Source of the DNA: an uncultured Rhodothermales bacterium
GTDB lineage: Bacteria > Bacteroidota > Rhodothermia > Rhodothermales > VXPQ01
Reading direction: 5' to 3'
DNA: 64,000 bases
Assembly: GCA_965651265.1 (NCBI GenBank)
Contig: CBFGRV010000012.1
Span: 1,401 to 65,400, forward strand
The notes beneath the pieces are model-generated. The model made no database searches, had not been told where the DNA came from, and saw only the letters and a list, made by a program, of their open reading frames with translations. Position numbers and translations under genes: made by a program. This document shows, piece after piece, positions 40,398 through 49,556 of the stretch (position 1 is the first letter of the stretch; each line of letters opens with the position of its first letter).

Positions 40398-41180
40398 TCA
40401 CGGATGGACCGGATCGATGTGGATTGCTGCATTCACGGCTGCTCCAACGATCCCCGCGTCATTTTCCAGCCTGGCCGTCAGGATCTGTGCTTTCGTGCTG
40501 AGCAGATGTAGATACTTCTCCGACTTGTTCGGCTTGCTGACCCCGCCACCCAGAATGAATGTGTCAATGTCAAAGAGCCGCTCGAGGTGGGCAAGATAGG
40601 CCTGTACACGCTGTGCCCATTCCTGCCAGGTGAGCCGCTCGACTTTTCGCGCGCGATCCGACGCATAATGTTCGGCTACCATGTTGTTCAGAAATAGGTG
40701 ACCGAGCTCGGTGTTCGGCAACAACACGCGATCTACGAAAATGGCTGACCCGATTCCCGTTCCGAAGGTGAGCAGCATCACGACACCGCGCAGCTCGCGG
40801 CCGCTGCCGAACTCCATCTCCGCGACCGCGGCCGCGTCTGCATCGTTGAGTACTACGAATGGGCAGCCGGAACGGTCGCGAAAGAGCTCGGCGACGTTCT
40901 TCTCCAGCCACTCATCGGAGATATTCGCAGCCGTTAGTGCAACCCCTTGCTTGATCTGTGCGGGAAAACAGCATCCGACAGGCCCTGTCCACTCGAAATG
41001 CCGAACGAGCCGTGCGACGGTTTCGGCCACGGCGTCCGGCTCGGCATTGGGCGGAGTGCTCAGCCGATAGCGTTCAGCCGTCAACTGGCCAGTTTTCACG
41101 TCAACGGGTGCGCCCTTTATGCCCGAGCCGCCAACGTCGATTCCTAGTATTTCCACATCAGAGGTGTGATCTTGGAGCAC
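40398..41180 (-). CDS. ppgK: Polyphosphate glucokinase (ROK family)
   Basis: [31 protein letters not shown] is the typical PpgK N-terminus, followed by a ROK core. I prefer the GTG at 41180. The track start (GTG at 41270) would add a 30-aa Arg/Cys-rich extension that looks non-coding. Confidence 0.78.
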   Translation of the reverse strand: MLQDHTSDVEILGIDVGGSGIKGAPVDVKTGQLTAERYRLSTPPNAEPDAVAETVARLVRHFEWTGPVGCCFPAQIKQGVALTAANISDEWLEKNVAELFRDRSGCPFVVLNDADAAAVAEMEFGSGRELRGVVMLLTFGTGIGSAIFVDRVLLPNTELGHLFLNNMVAEHYASDRARKVERLTWQEWAQRVQAYLAHLERLFDIDTFILGGGVSKPNKSEKYLHLLSTKAQILTARLENDAGIVGAAVNAAIHIDPVHP

Positions 41181-41319
41181 GCCGTGCTCCTGCAAGTTTA
41201 AACGTCGGCATTTCCGGACGCAAGGACACGCCGGCTGGCGTCGCCCACTCTCAGACGCCGGCGACCCCACTAGATGTCTCCATCCCGAAAGCGATTAACC
41301 CCTAACGATCGACTGTAAT

Positions 41320-41463
41320 ATGAAGCGACTAGCCGCCCTACTGTTACTCCTGAGTATCGGAGTGTTCAGCTCCTGTCAGTGTTCCGATAAGCCGGAGGTG
41401 CCTCCCATTGGGAACGCGGCCGCCGAATCGGCGGATGCGGGTGGCGACGTGTTTCCATCGTAA
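41320..41463 (+). CDS. Putative small lipoprotein (47 aa; below the ORF-track length cutoff)
   Basis: My own translation is MKRLAALLLLLSIGVFSSCQCSDKPEVPPIGNAAAESADAGGDVFPS*. It has a classic signal peptide plus the lipobox FSSC, and stops 15 nt before dnaG. Confidence 0.4.
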   Translation: MKRLAALLLLLSIGVFSSCQCSDKPEVPPIGNAAAESADAGGDVFPS

Positions 41464-41478
41464 GGTTAACCGGCGGCT

Positions 41479-43377
41479 ATGTACTTCTCAGACGAGACGA
41501 TCGAGTCCGTGCGATCCGCGTCGGATATCCTCGACGTGGTTGGAGAGTACGTCCGTCTGAAGCGCAAGGGGAGCAATTTCTTCGGGCTCTGTCCTTTCCA
41601 TCAGGAGAAGACACCATCCTTCAGTGTGAATCCGGAGCTATCCATCTACAAATGCTTCGGATGCGGCGAGCACGGCGACGTATTCAGCTTCGTGATGCGG
41701 CTTGAAGGGATGGAATTCCCGGAGGCCGTCAGGATGCTGGCGGAGAGGGCCGGGCTGGAGCTTCCCGAGGAAGGGGAAGGGGAGAGGGCACAGGCGGGGC
41801 ATCGCGAGGCGATGCTTCATGCCCTGCGATTTGCGGCCCGATTCTATCATCACATCCTCACGCGGACTCCGCAGGGGCGACCCGCGCTGGAGTATCTCCG
41901 AAGGCGTGGCTTCACCGATCAAGTGGTCACGAAGTTCGGGCTCGGATTCGCTCCCGATACGTGGGACGCGCTGATCCGGGCGGCATCCAAGCATCACATG
42001 GCCTCGGACGTTCTGGAGGAGACGGGCCTGGCCATCCGGCGGCGTGACGACAGCGGCTCATATGACCGGTTTCGCGGGCGCGTGATGTTTCCCATTCTCT
42101 CGCATGTTGGGAAGGTCGTTGGCTTCGGAGGGCGGGTGTTGTCCTCCGAGTCCGATCAGCCAAAGTACATCAACTCTCCCGAAACGCCGGTCTACAACAA
42201 GAGCCGTGTACTCTACGGGCTCTTTCAGGCGAAGAACAGTATCCGGGAGCGCGAAGAGGCCCTGGTCGTCGAGGGCTATACCGATGTGATCGCGCTCCAT
42301 CAGGCCGGGATCGCAAATTGCGTTGCATCCAGTGGGACCTCGCTCACTCGAGAGCAGGTGCAGCTTCTTGGGAGGTATGCGAAGCGCGTCGTTCTCGTCT
42401 TTGATGCCGATACCGCCGGCGCCGGGGCCGCCGCGCGCGGCATCCAGGTGGTGCTTTCCGAAGGCCTGACCGCGTATGTGGTTTCGCTTCCACCAGGTGA
42501 GGACCCTGATTCATTCTCTCGGAGGGGCGGTGCGGAACTCGAGAAGTATCTGGATGAGCATCGCAGGGACGTGTTGGCGTATCTGTACGAGCAGGCCGAA
42601 CGCGAAGGTCGGTTGGAGACGCCGGAAGGCGAGGCGGAGGTCATGCACGAGATCGTGGAGACCGTCGCCTCGATGCCCGATCCCCTGATGCAGGAAAGCT
42701 ACATCCGGAGGGCGGCTGAAGTGCTGCGAGTGCCTGACATCCGTCTTCACATGGTACTGGAGGATGTCCTCAAGTCGCGCCGACGGAGGACGGCGCCCGC
42801 CACGGCACCTGCCCCATTCAAAACACGTCCCGAATCCGCCCAGGGACCGCGGCCCCCCGTAAGCAGGAAGCTGAATACGGGGCGCATCCTCCCTGAGGAG
42901 AGAACGCTCCTTCGATTGATGTACCAGCATGGGTCGTCCCTTATCGAGTTCATACTGGGAAATACAAGCCTCGATGAGTTCACGGCAGGGCCGGCCCGCC
43001 AGGCTGCGAGTGCATTTCTGCAACAGTACGAAGCAGGGAGCGTCGATCGGTCTACTTTCCTGAACGGCGACTACGGCGACGACGTGCGACGCCTCATGGC
43101 CGATGTTGCCATGATGCAGTACGAGCCCTCGCAGAACTGGGAGCGAAAGCAGAACATTCCCGTTCCAAGACTCGATGACGATCCCTACGAAGCGGCCATC
43201 AGCGCGATGACGCTCTTGAAGCTCGATCGGGTAAATGATGCGATCGAGAAGCAGCGTCAGGAGATTTTCGAGGCCGAACGCGCCGGAGACGAAATTCAGC
43301 CGCTTCAGACCCAGATGATGGCCCTAAACGAGCTTCGCCGCCGGATCGAGCGTCGGGAATTCCTGGAGGATGAATAG
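41479..43377 (+). CDS. dnaG: DNA primase
   Basis: Zinc ribbon CPFHQEKTPSF...YKCFGCGEHGD and a TOPRIM domain (EGYTDVIAL...VLVFDADTAG). Confidence 0.93.
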   Translation: MYFSDETIESVRSASDILDVVGEYVRLKRKGSNFFGLCPFHQEKTPSFSVNPELSIYKCFGCGEHGDVFSFVMRLEGMEFPEAVRMLAERAGLELPEEGEGERAQAGHREAMLHALRFAARFYHHILTRTPQGRPALEYLRRRGFTDQVVTKFGLGFAPDTWDALIRAASKHHMASDVLEETGLAIRRRDDSGSYDRFRGRVMFPILSHVGKVVGFGGRVLSSESDQPKYINSPETPVYNKSRVLYGLFQAKNSIREREEALVVEGYTDVIALHQAGIANCVASSGTSLTREQVQLLGRYAKRVVLVFDADTAGAGAAARGIQVVLSEGLTAYVVSLPPGEDPDSFSRRGGAELEKYLDEHRRDVLAYLYEQAEREGRLETPEGEAEVMHEIVETVASMPDPLMQESYIRRAAEVLRVPDIRLHMVLEDVLKSRRRRTAPATAPAPFKTRPESAQGPRPPVSRKLNTGRILPEERTLLRLMYQHGSSLIEFILGNTSLDEFTAGPARQAASAFLQQYEAGSVDRSTFLNGDYGDDVRRLMADVAMMQYEPSQNWERKQNIPVPRLDDDPYEAAISAMTLLKLDRVNDAIEKQRQEIFEAERAGDEIQPLQTQMMALNELRRRIERREFLEDE

Positions 43378-43379
43378 GT

Positions 43380-45593
43380 ATGCGAGATAGGGCTGCGAGA
43401 CTGACGAAGGTGGGATTGATCGGGAACGGCACGTCCGTAGGCATGCCCGATTTCGCCGTGCCGAGTGCCACCTCGCCGCGTCCCGTTCCTCGGACGGCAG
43501 CCTTCGATCACCCGCATCTGTTCTTCAACAGGGAGCTGAGTTGGCTCGATTTCAACTGGCGCGTTCTGTATCAGGCCATCGACCCGAGAACGCCGCTACT
43601 CGAGCGGGTCCGATTCCTGTCGATCACCTCCAGCAACCTGGACGAGTTCTTTCGCAAGCGCGTTGGTGGACTGAAGCGGCAAGCTGCAGCCGGTGTCCGT
43701 GCACTGTCTCCCGATGGACGCTCACCTCAGGAGCAACTCCGGCTGATTCGCTCTGCCGTGCTCCCCATGCATGCGATGATGAATGAAGTCTGGGAGCAAC
43801 AGCTCAAGCCGGCTCTCGCTACGGAGGCCGGCATCTACGCACTATCCTATTCGGACCTCACCTCGGCCCAGATCGAACGGCTGCACAGGTTTTTTCAGGC
43901 CAATATCTTCCCCATTCTGACTCCGTTGGCCGTCGACCCAGGGCATCCCTTCCCGTTCATATCCAATCTGAGCCTGTCCCTGGCGGTCATTCTGCGCCAT
44001 CCAACCAGGGGGACAGAGCACTTCGCCCGCCTGAAGGTGCCCACGAGCCAGGGCCGATGGGTTCCATTAGACGAGCCTCACCACTACGTTCCACTCGAGC
44101 AGGTAATTGCCAACAACTTGCACGAGCTCTTCCGCGGGATGGAGATCGTACATGCGCACGCCTTTCAGATCACGCGCAATGCCGATGTCCGTCGCAATGA
44201 GGAGGAGGCCGATGATCTCATCGAGCTGATCTCCGACGAGCTGCGCGAGCGTCGTTTCGCCCCCGTCGTCCGGTTGGAGGTAGAGCATTCCATGCCCGAG
44301 AGAACGCGCCAGCTTCTGGCCCGCGAGCTGTCGTTGGGGGAGGACGACATTTACGAGAGCCAGGGGCTTATCGACCATTCCAGTTGCGAGTTCTTCGCTG
44401 ATCTGGATGTCCCCGAAGCGAAGTTCGAACCCTGGGAGCCGGTTATCCCCCCACGGCTCCTCTTCGAAGGAGAGTCCAAGGACGAGCCGGATATCTTTAC
44501 CATCATCCGAAACGGGGATTTGCTCGTTCACCATCCGTACGAGTCATTTCGGGCCAGCGTCCAGCGGTTCATCGAAGAGGCCGCCGAAGATCCCGCGGTC
44601 CTCGCGATCAAGCAGACCCTCTACCGCACATCGGAGGAATCACCCATCGTAGAAGCGCTGATCCGCGCGGCCGAACGGGGTAAGCAGGTATCCGTCCTGG
44701 TGGAAGTCAAGGCACGTTTCGACGAAGAAAACAACATCGAGTGGGGGCAGATGCTCGAAAAGTCGGGCGTTCACGTGACCTACGGACTCGTCGGCCTCAA
44801 GACCCATGCGAAGGTCACCCTTGTTATTCGCGAAGAAGCGGAGGGCCTGCGCGCCTATTGCCATATCGGAACGGGCAACTACAATCCGACCACAGCACGG
44901 CTCTACACGGACATTGGCGTGCTCACGTGCTCCCCGGAGATAGGATACGACGTCATCAACCTGTTCCACTACCTGACCGGATACGCGCCGGAGCAGCATT
45001 ACCAGAAGCTCATCGTCGCTCCGCGCGACATGCGTAAGGCGTTCATCGACATGATTCGCCGCGAAATCGATCATCAGCGTGCGGGAAGTCGAGGGCGGAT
45101 TATCGCCAAAATGAACGCGCTCGACGATGTGGAGATGATTGGCGAGATCTATCGGGCTTCACGGGAGGGCGTCAAGGTGGACCTGATCGTGAGAGGGCAC
45201 TGCCGGTTGCGGCCCGGATTGCGCCACTACAGTGAGAATGTTCGTGTGCTTAGTATCGTTGGTCGCTTCCTTGAACACAGCCGGGTCTACTACTTCCGAA
45301 ATAACGGGAATCCTTTCGTCGGACTCGGAAGTGCGGACTGGCAGCGTCGCAATCTGGACGACCGCGTCGAGGTGATTATCCCCATCGAAGATGCCATCTT
45401 GAAGAAGCAATTGGTGCGGACGCTACACATTTGTCTGACTGACAATCGCCTTGCCTGGGATCTGCACCCGGACGGACGTTACGTTCAACGGAGGCCGTCG
45501 AACGGGGAGGTGGATAACGGATGCCAGGCCATCATGCAGCGTAAGACCTGGGAAAGGACGAGTGAGCTGGATACCCCGTGGGATATCACGTGA
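43380..45593 (+). CDS. ppk: Polyphosphate kinase 1
   Basis: FFNRELSWLDFNWRVLYQA, the phospho-His region (TGNYN) and two PLD-like HKD-type regions. Starts 2 nt after the dnaG stop; the alternative ATG at 43443 is possible. Confidence 0.93.
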   Translation: MRDRAARLTKVGLIGNGTSVGMPDFAVPSATSPRPVPRTAAFDHPHLFFNRELSWLDFNWRVLYQAIDPRTPLLERVRFLSITSSNLDEFFRKRVGGLKRQAAAGVRALSPDGRSPQEQLRLIRSAVLPMHAMMNEVWEQQLKPALATEAGIYALSYSDLTSAQIERLHRFFQANIFPILTPLAVDPGHPFPFISNLSLSLAVILRHPTRGTEHFARLKVPTSQGRWVPLDEPHHYVPLEQVIANNLHELFRGMEIVHAHAFQITRNADVRRNEEEADDLIELISDELRERRFAPVVRLEVEHSMPERTRQLLARELSLGEDDIYESQGLIDHSSCEFFADLDVPEAKFEPWEPVIPPRLLFEGESKDEPDIFTIIRNGDLLVHHPYESFRASVQRFIEEAAEDPAVLAIKQTLYRTSEESPIVEALIRAAERGKQVSVLVEVKARFDEENNIEWGQMLEKSGVHVTYGLVGLKTHAKVTLVIREEAEGLRAYCHIGTGNYNPTTARLYTDIGVLTCSPEIGYDVINLFHYLTGYAPEQHYQKLIVAPRDMRKAFIDMIRREIDHQRAGSRGRIIAKMNALDDVEMIGEIYRASREGVKVDLIVRGHCRLRPGLRHYSENVRVLSIVGRFLEHSRVYYFRNNGNPFVGLGSADWQRRNLDDRVEVIIPIEDAILKKQLVRTLHICLTDNRLAWDLHPDGRYVQRRPSNGEVDNGCQAIMQRKTWERTSELDTPWDIT

Positions 45594-45670
45594 TCAAGTA
45601 CCACGATGCGGGAAGCACATGAAGTGTACTTCCAGGTAAGCCTTTCCAGGCCGGATGATTCGTCCGGATC

Positions 45671-46108
45671 TCAGTAGTACTTCTCGAAGCGCTTCGGCGA
45701 CGGGTCGTCGTACGTTTTCTCTTGCCAGTAGCTCGGGGTTTCGCGATCGATCCGCCGCTGAAGGGGATCTTTGCCCATCATGCGCAAGATCAATCCTATC
45801 GGTGTGACGGCCAAATAGAAGACGACCGTCAGGATCACGCGCGTCATCACGAAGCCCAAGACGAGTGCCAATCCCATCCACAGGCGATGGGGATGCCGGA
45901 GCAGACCAGGAGCCACCAGCCCGAGGAAGATGACGACTCCCCCGACGCCGGCGAGCGCATAGCTTGCCGGAGTCGGTGTCCAGCCGTTCCGCCACACCAG
46001 GAGGGCGGCGATCAGGGTGAAGGCCGTTCCGATGGTGACTCCAAAGGGGCGGAGGGCTCGACGACTTTGATCAAGTTGCCGGAGCTCGCTGCGAATGGCC
46101 GAGATCAT
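45671..46108 (-). CDS. Small membrane protein, possibly SxtJ-family
   Basis: 145 aa with 3 predicted TM helices. The C-terminal pattern TPIGLILRMMGKDPL...SYW is reminiscent of SxtJ-family membrane proteins; this is from memory and not verified. Confidence 0.45.
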   Translation of the reverse strand: MISAIRSELRQLDQSRRALRPFGVTIGTAFTLIAALLVWRNGWTPTPASYALAGVGGVVIFLGLVAPGLLRHPHRLWMGLALVLGFVMTRVILTVVFYLAVTPIGLILRMMGKDPLQRRIDRETPSYWQEKTYDDPSPKRFEKYY

Positions 46109-46146
46109 TGCAAGATTCTTCGGTCAGATATGGATTCATTGACCGT

Positions 46147-46767
46147 ATGACGCATTTTGCCAAGATACGAGACATCGTGAAAGTCAATTCGGGACAACGG
46201 ATGAACGAGGGAGCGAGCTTAGAACCTGGACTGGAAGAAGTCGCCATCGATCGCGAGCGGGTTGCGGAGCATCTTACGACGCTTCGTGAGCTCTCCTGGG
46301 GAAAAAGGGGACGCGTTGCGGCGCTAATAGAGACACCTCAACCGCATCGGCATGTGATGCGGACGACGGTGCAAGTGATCAAAGGAAAGGGATTCGCCGG
46401 CGATCATGAAAAGAAGTCTTTCTACCGGGGCGCCCTCGTTCCAGGCCGAGAGGTCACAGCCATCTCGGCAGAGGTGCTTCGAACGCTAGGAATCGCCCAT
46501 CATGTCGTCGGCGACAATTTGATCACAGAGGGGATTGACCTGGCCTTACTGGAGCCGGACGACTCACTGGAGGTCGGCGAAGTACTCCTGCGGAGAAGCG
46601 AGAGGCCGCATCGCCCGTGTCGAACATTTCGCGATCGAACGAGTCCGGAGGCCTTCGCCGTCGTGGCACGATACGGATATCGAGGGGCCCTCTTCGTCGT
46701 TGAGCGTGAAGGCACGATCACGGTTGGCGACCCCTTGACGATCGTTCCGGCTCAACCCTCGGTCTGA
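46147..46767 (+). CDS. MOSC domain-containing protein
   Basis: GDNLITEGIDL...GEVLLRRSERPHRPCRTF carries the conserved MOSC Cys. The start is uncertain: ATG at 46147 or 46201. The track start, a TTG at 46108, overlaps the divergent gene's ATG. Confidence 0.7.
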   Translation: MTHFAKIRDIVKVNSGQRMNEGASLEPGLEEVAIDRERVAEHLTTLRELSWGKRGRVAALIETPQPHRHVMRTTVQVIKGKGFAGDHEKKSFYRGALVPGREVTAISAEVLRTLGIAHHVVGDNLITEGIDLALLEPDDSLEVGEVLLRRSERPHRPCRTFRDRTSPEAFAVVARYGYRGALFVVEREGTITVGDPLTIVPAQPSV

Positions 46768-48662
46768 CCTAGAGGAAGCGGCGAGAGCGGCCGCGCCTCG
46801 AAACGCTGACTACCGCGAACAGCGCGGAGGACGTCTGCGAGCTTATCGAAAACATTCGATTTCCAGATTCGCTCATGCGTCTTGATGACTTCCAGCTGCA
46901 TGCGACGATACAGGGTCGGATTGGTCTTAGCCAGCTCCTCGAATTTGTCGACCAGATACGCTAACCGATCGCGATACTCTCGGGTGAAGCCGAAGTAAGC
47001 GATATCGTTCACTAGCTGCTGATACTGGCGGTCCCAGAGGGTTATTTCGGCTGGATCGGGCCGGCCGTAGGTATTCTCGTCATAACGGAAGGATCTGTCG
47101 TCATCCAACACGTTCATTCCAGCTGCTTTGAGCGCTTCGGGCGCCCCAGGTGGCAGGAAAAAGCGTACTGCGATGCCCTTCACGTCCGCCGTGAGGCGCA
47201 GGTCGGCATTTGGCTTTACGCTGGCATCTTCTGAGCCACCAGCCGGAAGCGCAAAGTGCTTATTCAGCTTTCTGAATTTGTTATATAGCGTCAGCCCTTC
47301 CGTATCCGGACCCCAATCGAATTCCTGGCCAGATGCCGCGAGCGTGCGGAGCAGATCGCTCAAGAACAGACGTTCTCCGGGCCGCAGTTGAACGCGGACC
47401 GTCCGCAGAGATTTAGACGGATCCACGGGAATTGACTCTGTCGCACGCAGTGCTCCATAGGCAGATGCGACGTAGCCTCTTGAGTAAGACTTAAAGCTGG
47501 AGTTGCGTGAAACGTGATCGTATCCCTCGGTGACGGCCCACATGTAGGCGTCCATGACGGTCGTTTCCGGTGTGAACCGGTTCGGCTCGGCCGTGAGAAA
47601 CATCCGGTAGACCGAATAGATGTTGCCCGGCCCCGTGTGATAGGCCGACAATCCAGGGATCTCGTGGCCCACGGCGTTGACGTACCCGGCAGCCGTAACG
47701 AAGGCCGGCTCCATCGTCAATAGAGGGTGCCACTCTTCGTAGACGTCGATGGCATTACCGGCAGCGGTAGGGAGCTTATAGTGATGGATGCCATTCTGTC
47801 GGAGCACGTATGGCATCATCTGGTAGCGACTTCGCGCCCCAACCGGCGATACGAGCCGGTCGTCATTGAACGTCTCGACGGTCCCGATTTCCGTCGTCAG
47901 AAGGCTTAGGCCCAGGAATCGGGCCAACTGCACTTCATATTCGATAAATTCAGCCTCGCGCTCACGGGCCTCGAGCACCTGATTTCGTCGACCCCATTTG
48001 ACGGTGACGGCCCCGCGGGGTATCCCGCGAGCCACATATTTCTGCACCAGGTTTCTCGTAGCGTCGCGACGCAGCCGATCGATTCGCCCCCAGTCCCAGC
48101 TCTCACCTTCCGAGCGGTTTTCATACGCAGACCGTTCGTCTTCAAACTCGTAGATCTCGAGAAGCTCGTTCGTTCGGTTGTCGACCACGCGGATGGTGAA
48201 GTTGTCGTCGGTACCCTGTCGCTCCGCGTAGAGATCTAGAAGGTTGCGAAACTGATGAATGACATTCTGCGATGCCGCTGACTCCTCGGACAGGATCGGA
48301 CCTGCCGTGTAGGGCCGGAAGAGCACGTCCGGGTGAAGATCGGAACCCTCGAACGTAAAGAGCCCGGCTCCGGAAGACGATGGCCGTTCAAGGACGGGCA
48401 GATCAGACTCCGTTACTCGTTCAGTCGGCCCAAAAATGCGAAACAAGTCACGAGCCAGAGATTCCAGGCCCCCGGAGATGGTGATCAGGATGAGCAGTGC
48501 GAAGATGGCCACGAGCGACGCCCACAATACCTTCCGCCGCGATGTTTTCGGCGGTAGGGAGTCTTCCATGGCTGCGGGCGAGCCAATATGCTCACTCCCG
48601 TTCTGGATTTCGAACCCGGAACGCTCAGTACTTCTTTCTTTCTCCGGCTGCATCTCCATCAT
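46752..48662 (-). CDS. Membrane-anchored protein with a lytic-transglycosylase (SLT/GH23)-like core
   Basis: N-terminal TM (VLWASLVAIFALLILITI). VETFNDDRLVSPVGARSRYQMMP resembles the SLT motif ES.FNP.AVSPAGA.GLMQLMP, and LSAYHTGPGNI resembles AYNAGPGNV. Confidence 0.6.
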   Translation of the reverse strand: MMEMQPEKERSTERSGFEIQNGSEHIGSPAAMEDSLPPKTSRRKVLWASLVAIFALLILITISGGLESLARDLFRIFGPTERVTESDLPVLERPSSSGAGLFTFEGSDLHPDVLFRPYTAGPILSEESAASQNVIHQFRNLLDLYAERQGTDDNFTIRVVDNRTNELLEIYEFEDERSAYENRSEGESWDWGRIDRLRRDATRNLVQKYVARGIPRGAVTVKWGRRNQVLEAREREAEFIEYEVQLARFLGLSLLTTEIGTVETFNDDRLVSPVGARSRYQMMPYVLRQNGIHHYKLPTAAGNAIDVYEEWHPLLTMEPAFVTAAGYVNAVGHEIPGLSAYHTGPGNIYSVYRMFLTAEPNRFTPETTVMDAYMWAVTEGYDHVSRNSSFKSYSRGYVASAYGALRATESIPVDPSKSLRTVRVQLRPGERLFLSDLLRTLAASGQEFDWGPDTEGLTLYNKFRKLNKHFALPAGGSEDASVKPNADLRLTADVKGIAVRFFLPPGAPEALKAAGMNVLDDDRSFRYDENTYGRPDPAEITLWDRQYQQLVNDIAYFGFTREYRDRLAYLVDKFEELAKTNPTLYRRMQLEVIKTHERIWKSNVFDKLADVLRAVRGSQRFEARPLSPLPLGQTEG

Positions 48663-48791
48663 TCAAAACTACACGGTGAAAGGTACTTCTTTGGCGGCGC
48701 CAAACTAGCGGTGCTCTAAGTACCGAGCTACCGGCCTCACGCTCCTGCGCTTTGGCCGAGGGTGACGGCTTCGTCATCATTTTTACACAAC

Positions 48792-49496
48792 TTACGTGCC
48801 GTAGGCGGAGTCCTCAGCAACTTTTCGAGCATTAGCTATCAAATGTTGGAACAATGGGAGCATCTCCTCACCCATTCGTTCGGGATGAAACTGCACTCCC
48901 AGGATCGTTCCGTCCTCGTTTTCAATGGCCTCAATTACGCCATCTGGCGCCCTTGCGGCGATTCGAAAAGGGGGGCCGACTTCCGCCACAGCCTGAATGT
49001 GCCGAGTGTTAACCTCGAGACTGCTATTCTTCAACAGTCGGCGAAGATAGGACGTTTCCTCGAGGAGAATGCTATGGGAATCCGCGCCTCTTTTCTCACT
49101 ATGAGACAACGTTCCGGGAATCTGCGCCTGCACGTCGGCATAGATGGTGCCTCCCACGGTCGCGTTGATTAGCTGCATACCGTAACAGATGCCCAGAATC
49201 GGTTTCCGCTTTCGCATGAACGCAGCGAGCACGGTGCGATCCGATTCGACCCGGACTGCGTCCGTTTCTTGAATGTCGTCCGGCAATTTCCCGATGAGCC
49301 CATCCGTGATTGCCGGTCCGCCTGTGATGACTAACCCATCCAGCAGGTGTACAAATTCATCGACATTCTTGGGATCCTCCAACATGGGAACGATTAGCGG
49401 TAACCCGCCCGCGCGCTCCACGGCTGTGACGTAGGCATGCGTGAGTCGTTGCTCGCCCTCGTTGTAGGAAGTAGTTATCCCGATTCGGATCGACAT
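48792..49496 (-). CDS. Class I glutamine amidotransferase / gamma-glutamyl-GABA hydrolase family (peptidase C26)
   Basis: ILGICYGMQLIN (nucleophile Cys) and GVQFHPE (His/Glu) motifs; 234 aa. Confidence 0.85.
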   Translation of the reverse strand: MSIRIGITTSYNEGEQRLTHAYVTAVERAGGLPLIVPMLEDPKNVDEFVHLLDGLVITGGPAITDGLIGKLPDDIQETDAVRVESDRTVLAAFMRKRKPILGICYGMQLINATVGGTIYADVQAQIPGTLSHSEKRGADSHSILLEETSYLRRLLKNSSLEVNTRHIQAVAEVGPPFRIAARAPDGVIEAIENEDGTILGVQFHPERMGEEMLPLFQHLIANARKVAEDSAYGT

Positions 49497-49556
49497 AAGG
49501 AACGGTGGAAGAAGATGCTGGGCAGAGTACTACGGAGAACTTAGCGGAATCGGCGG

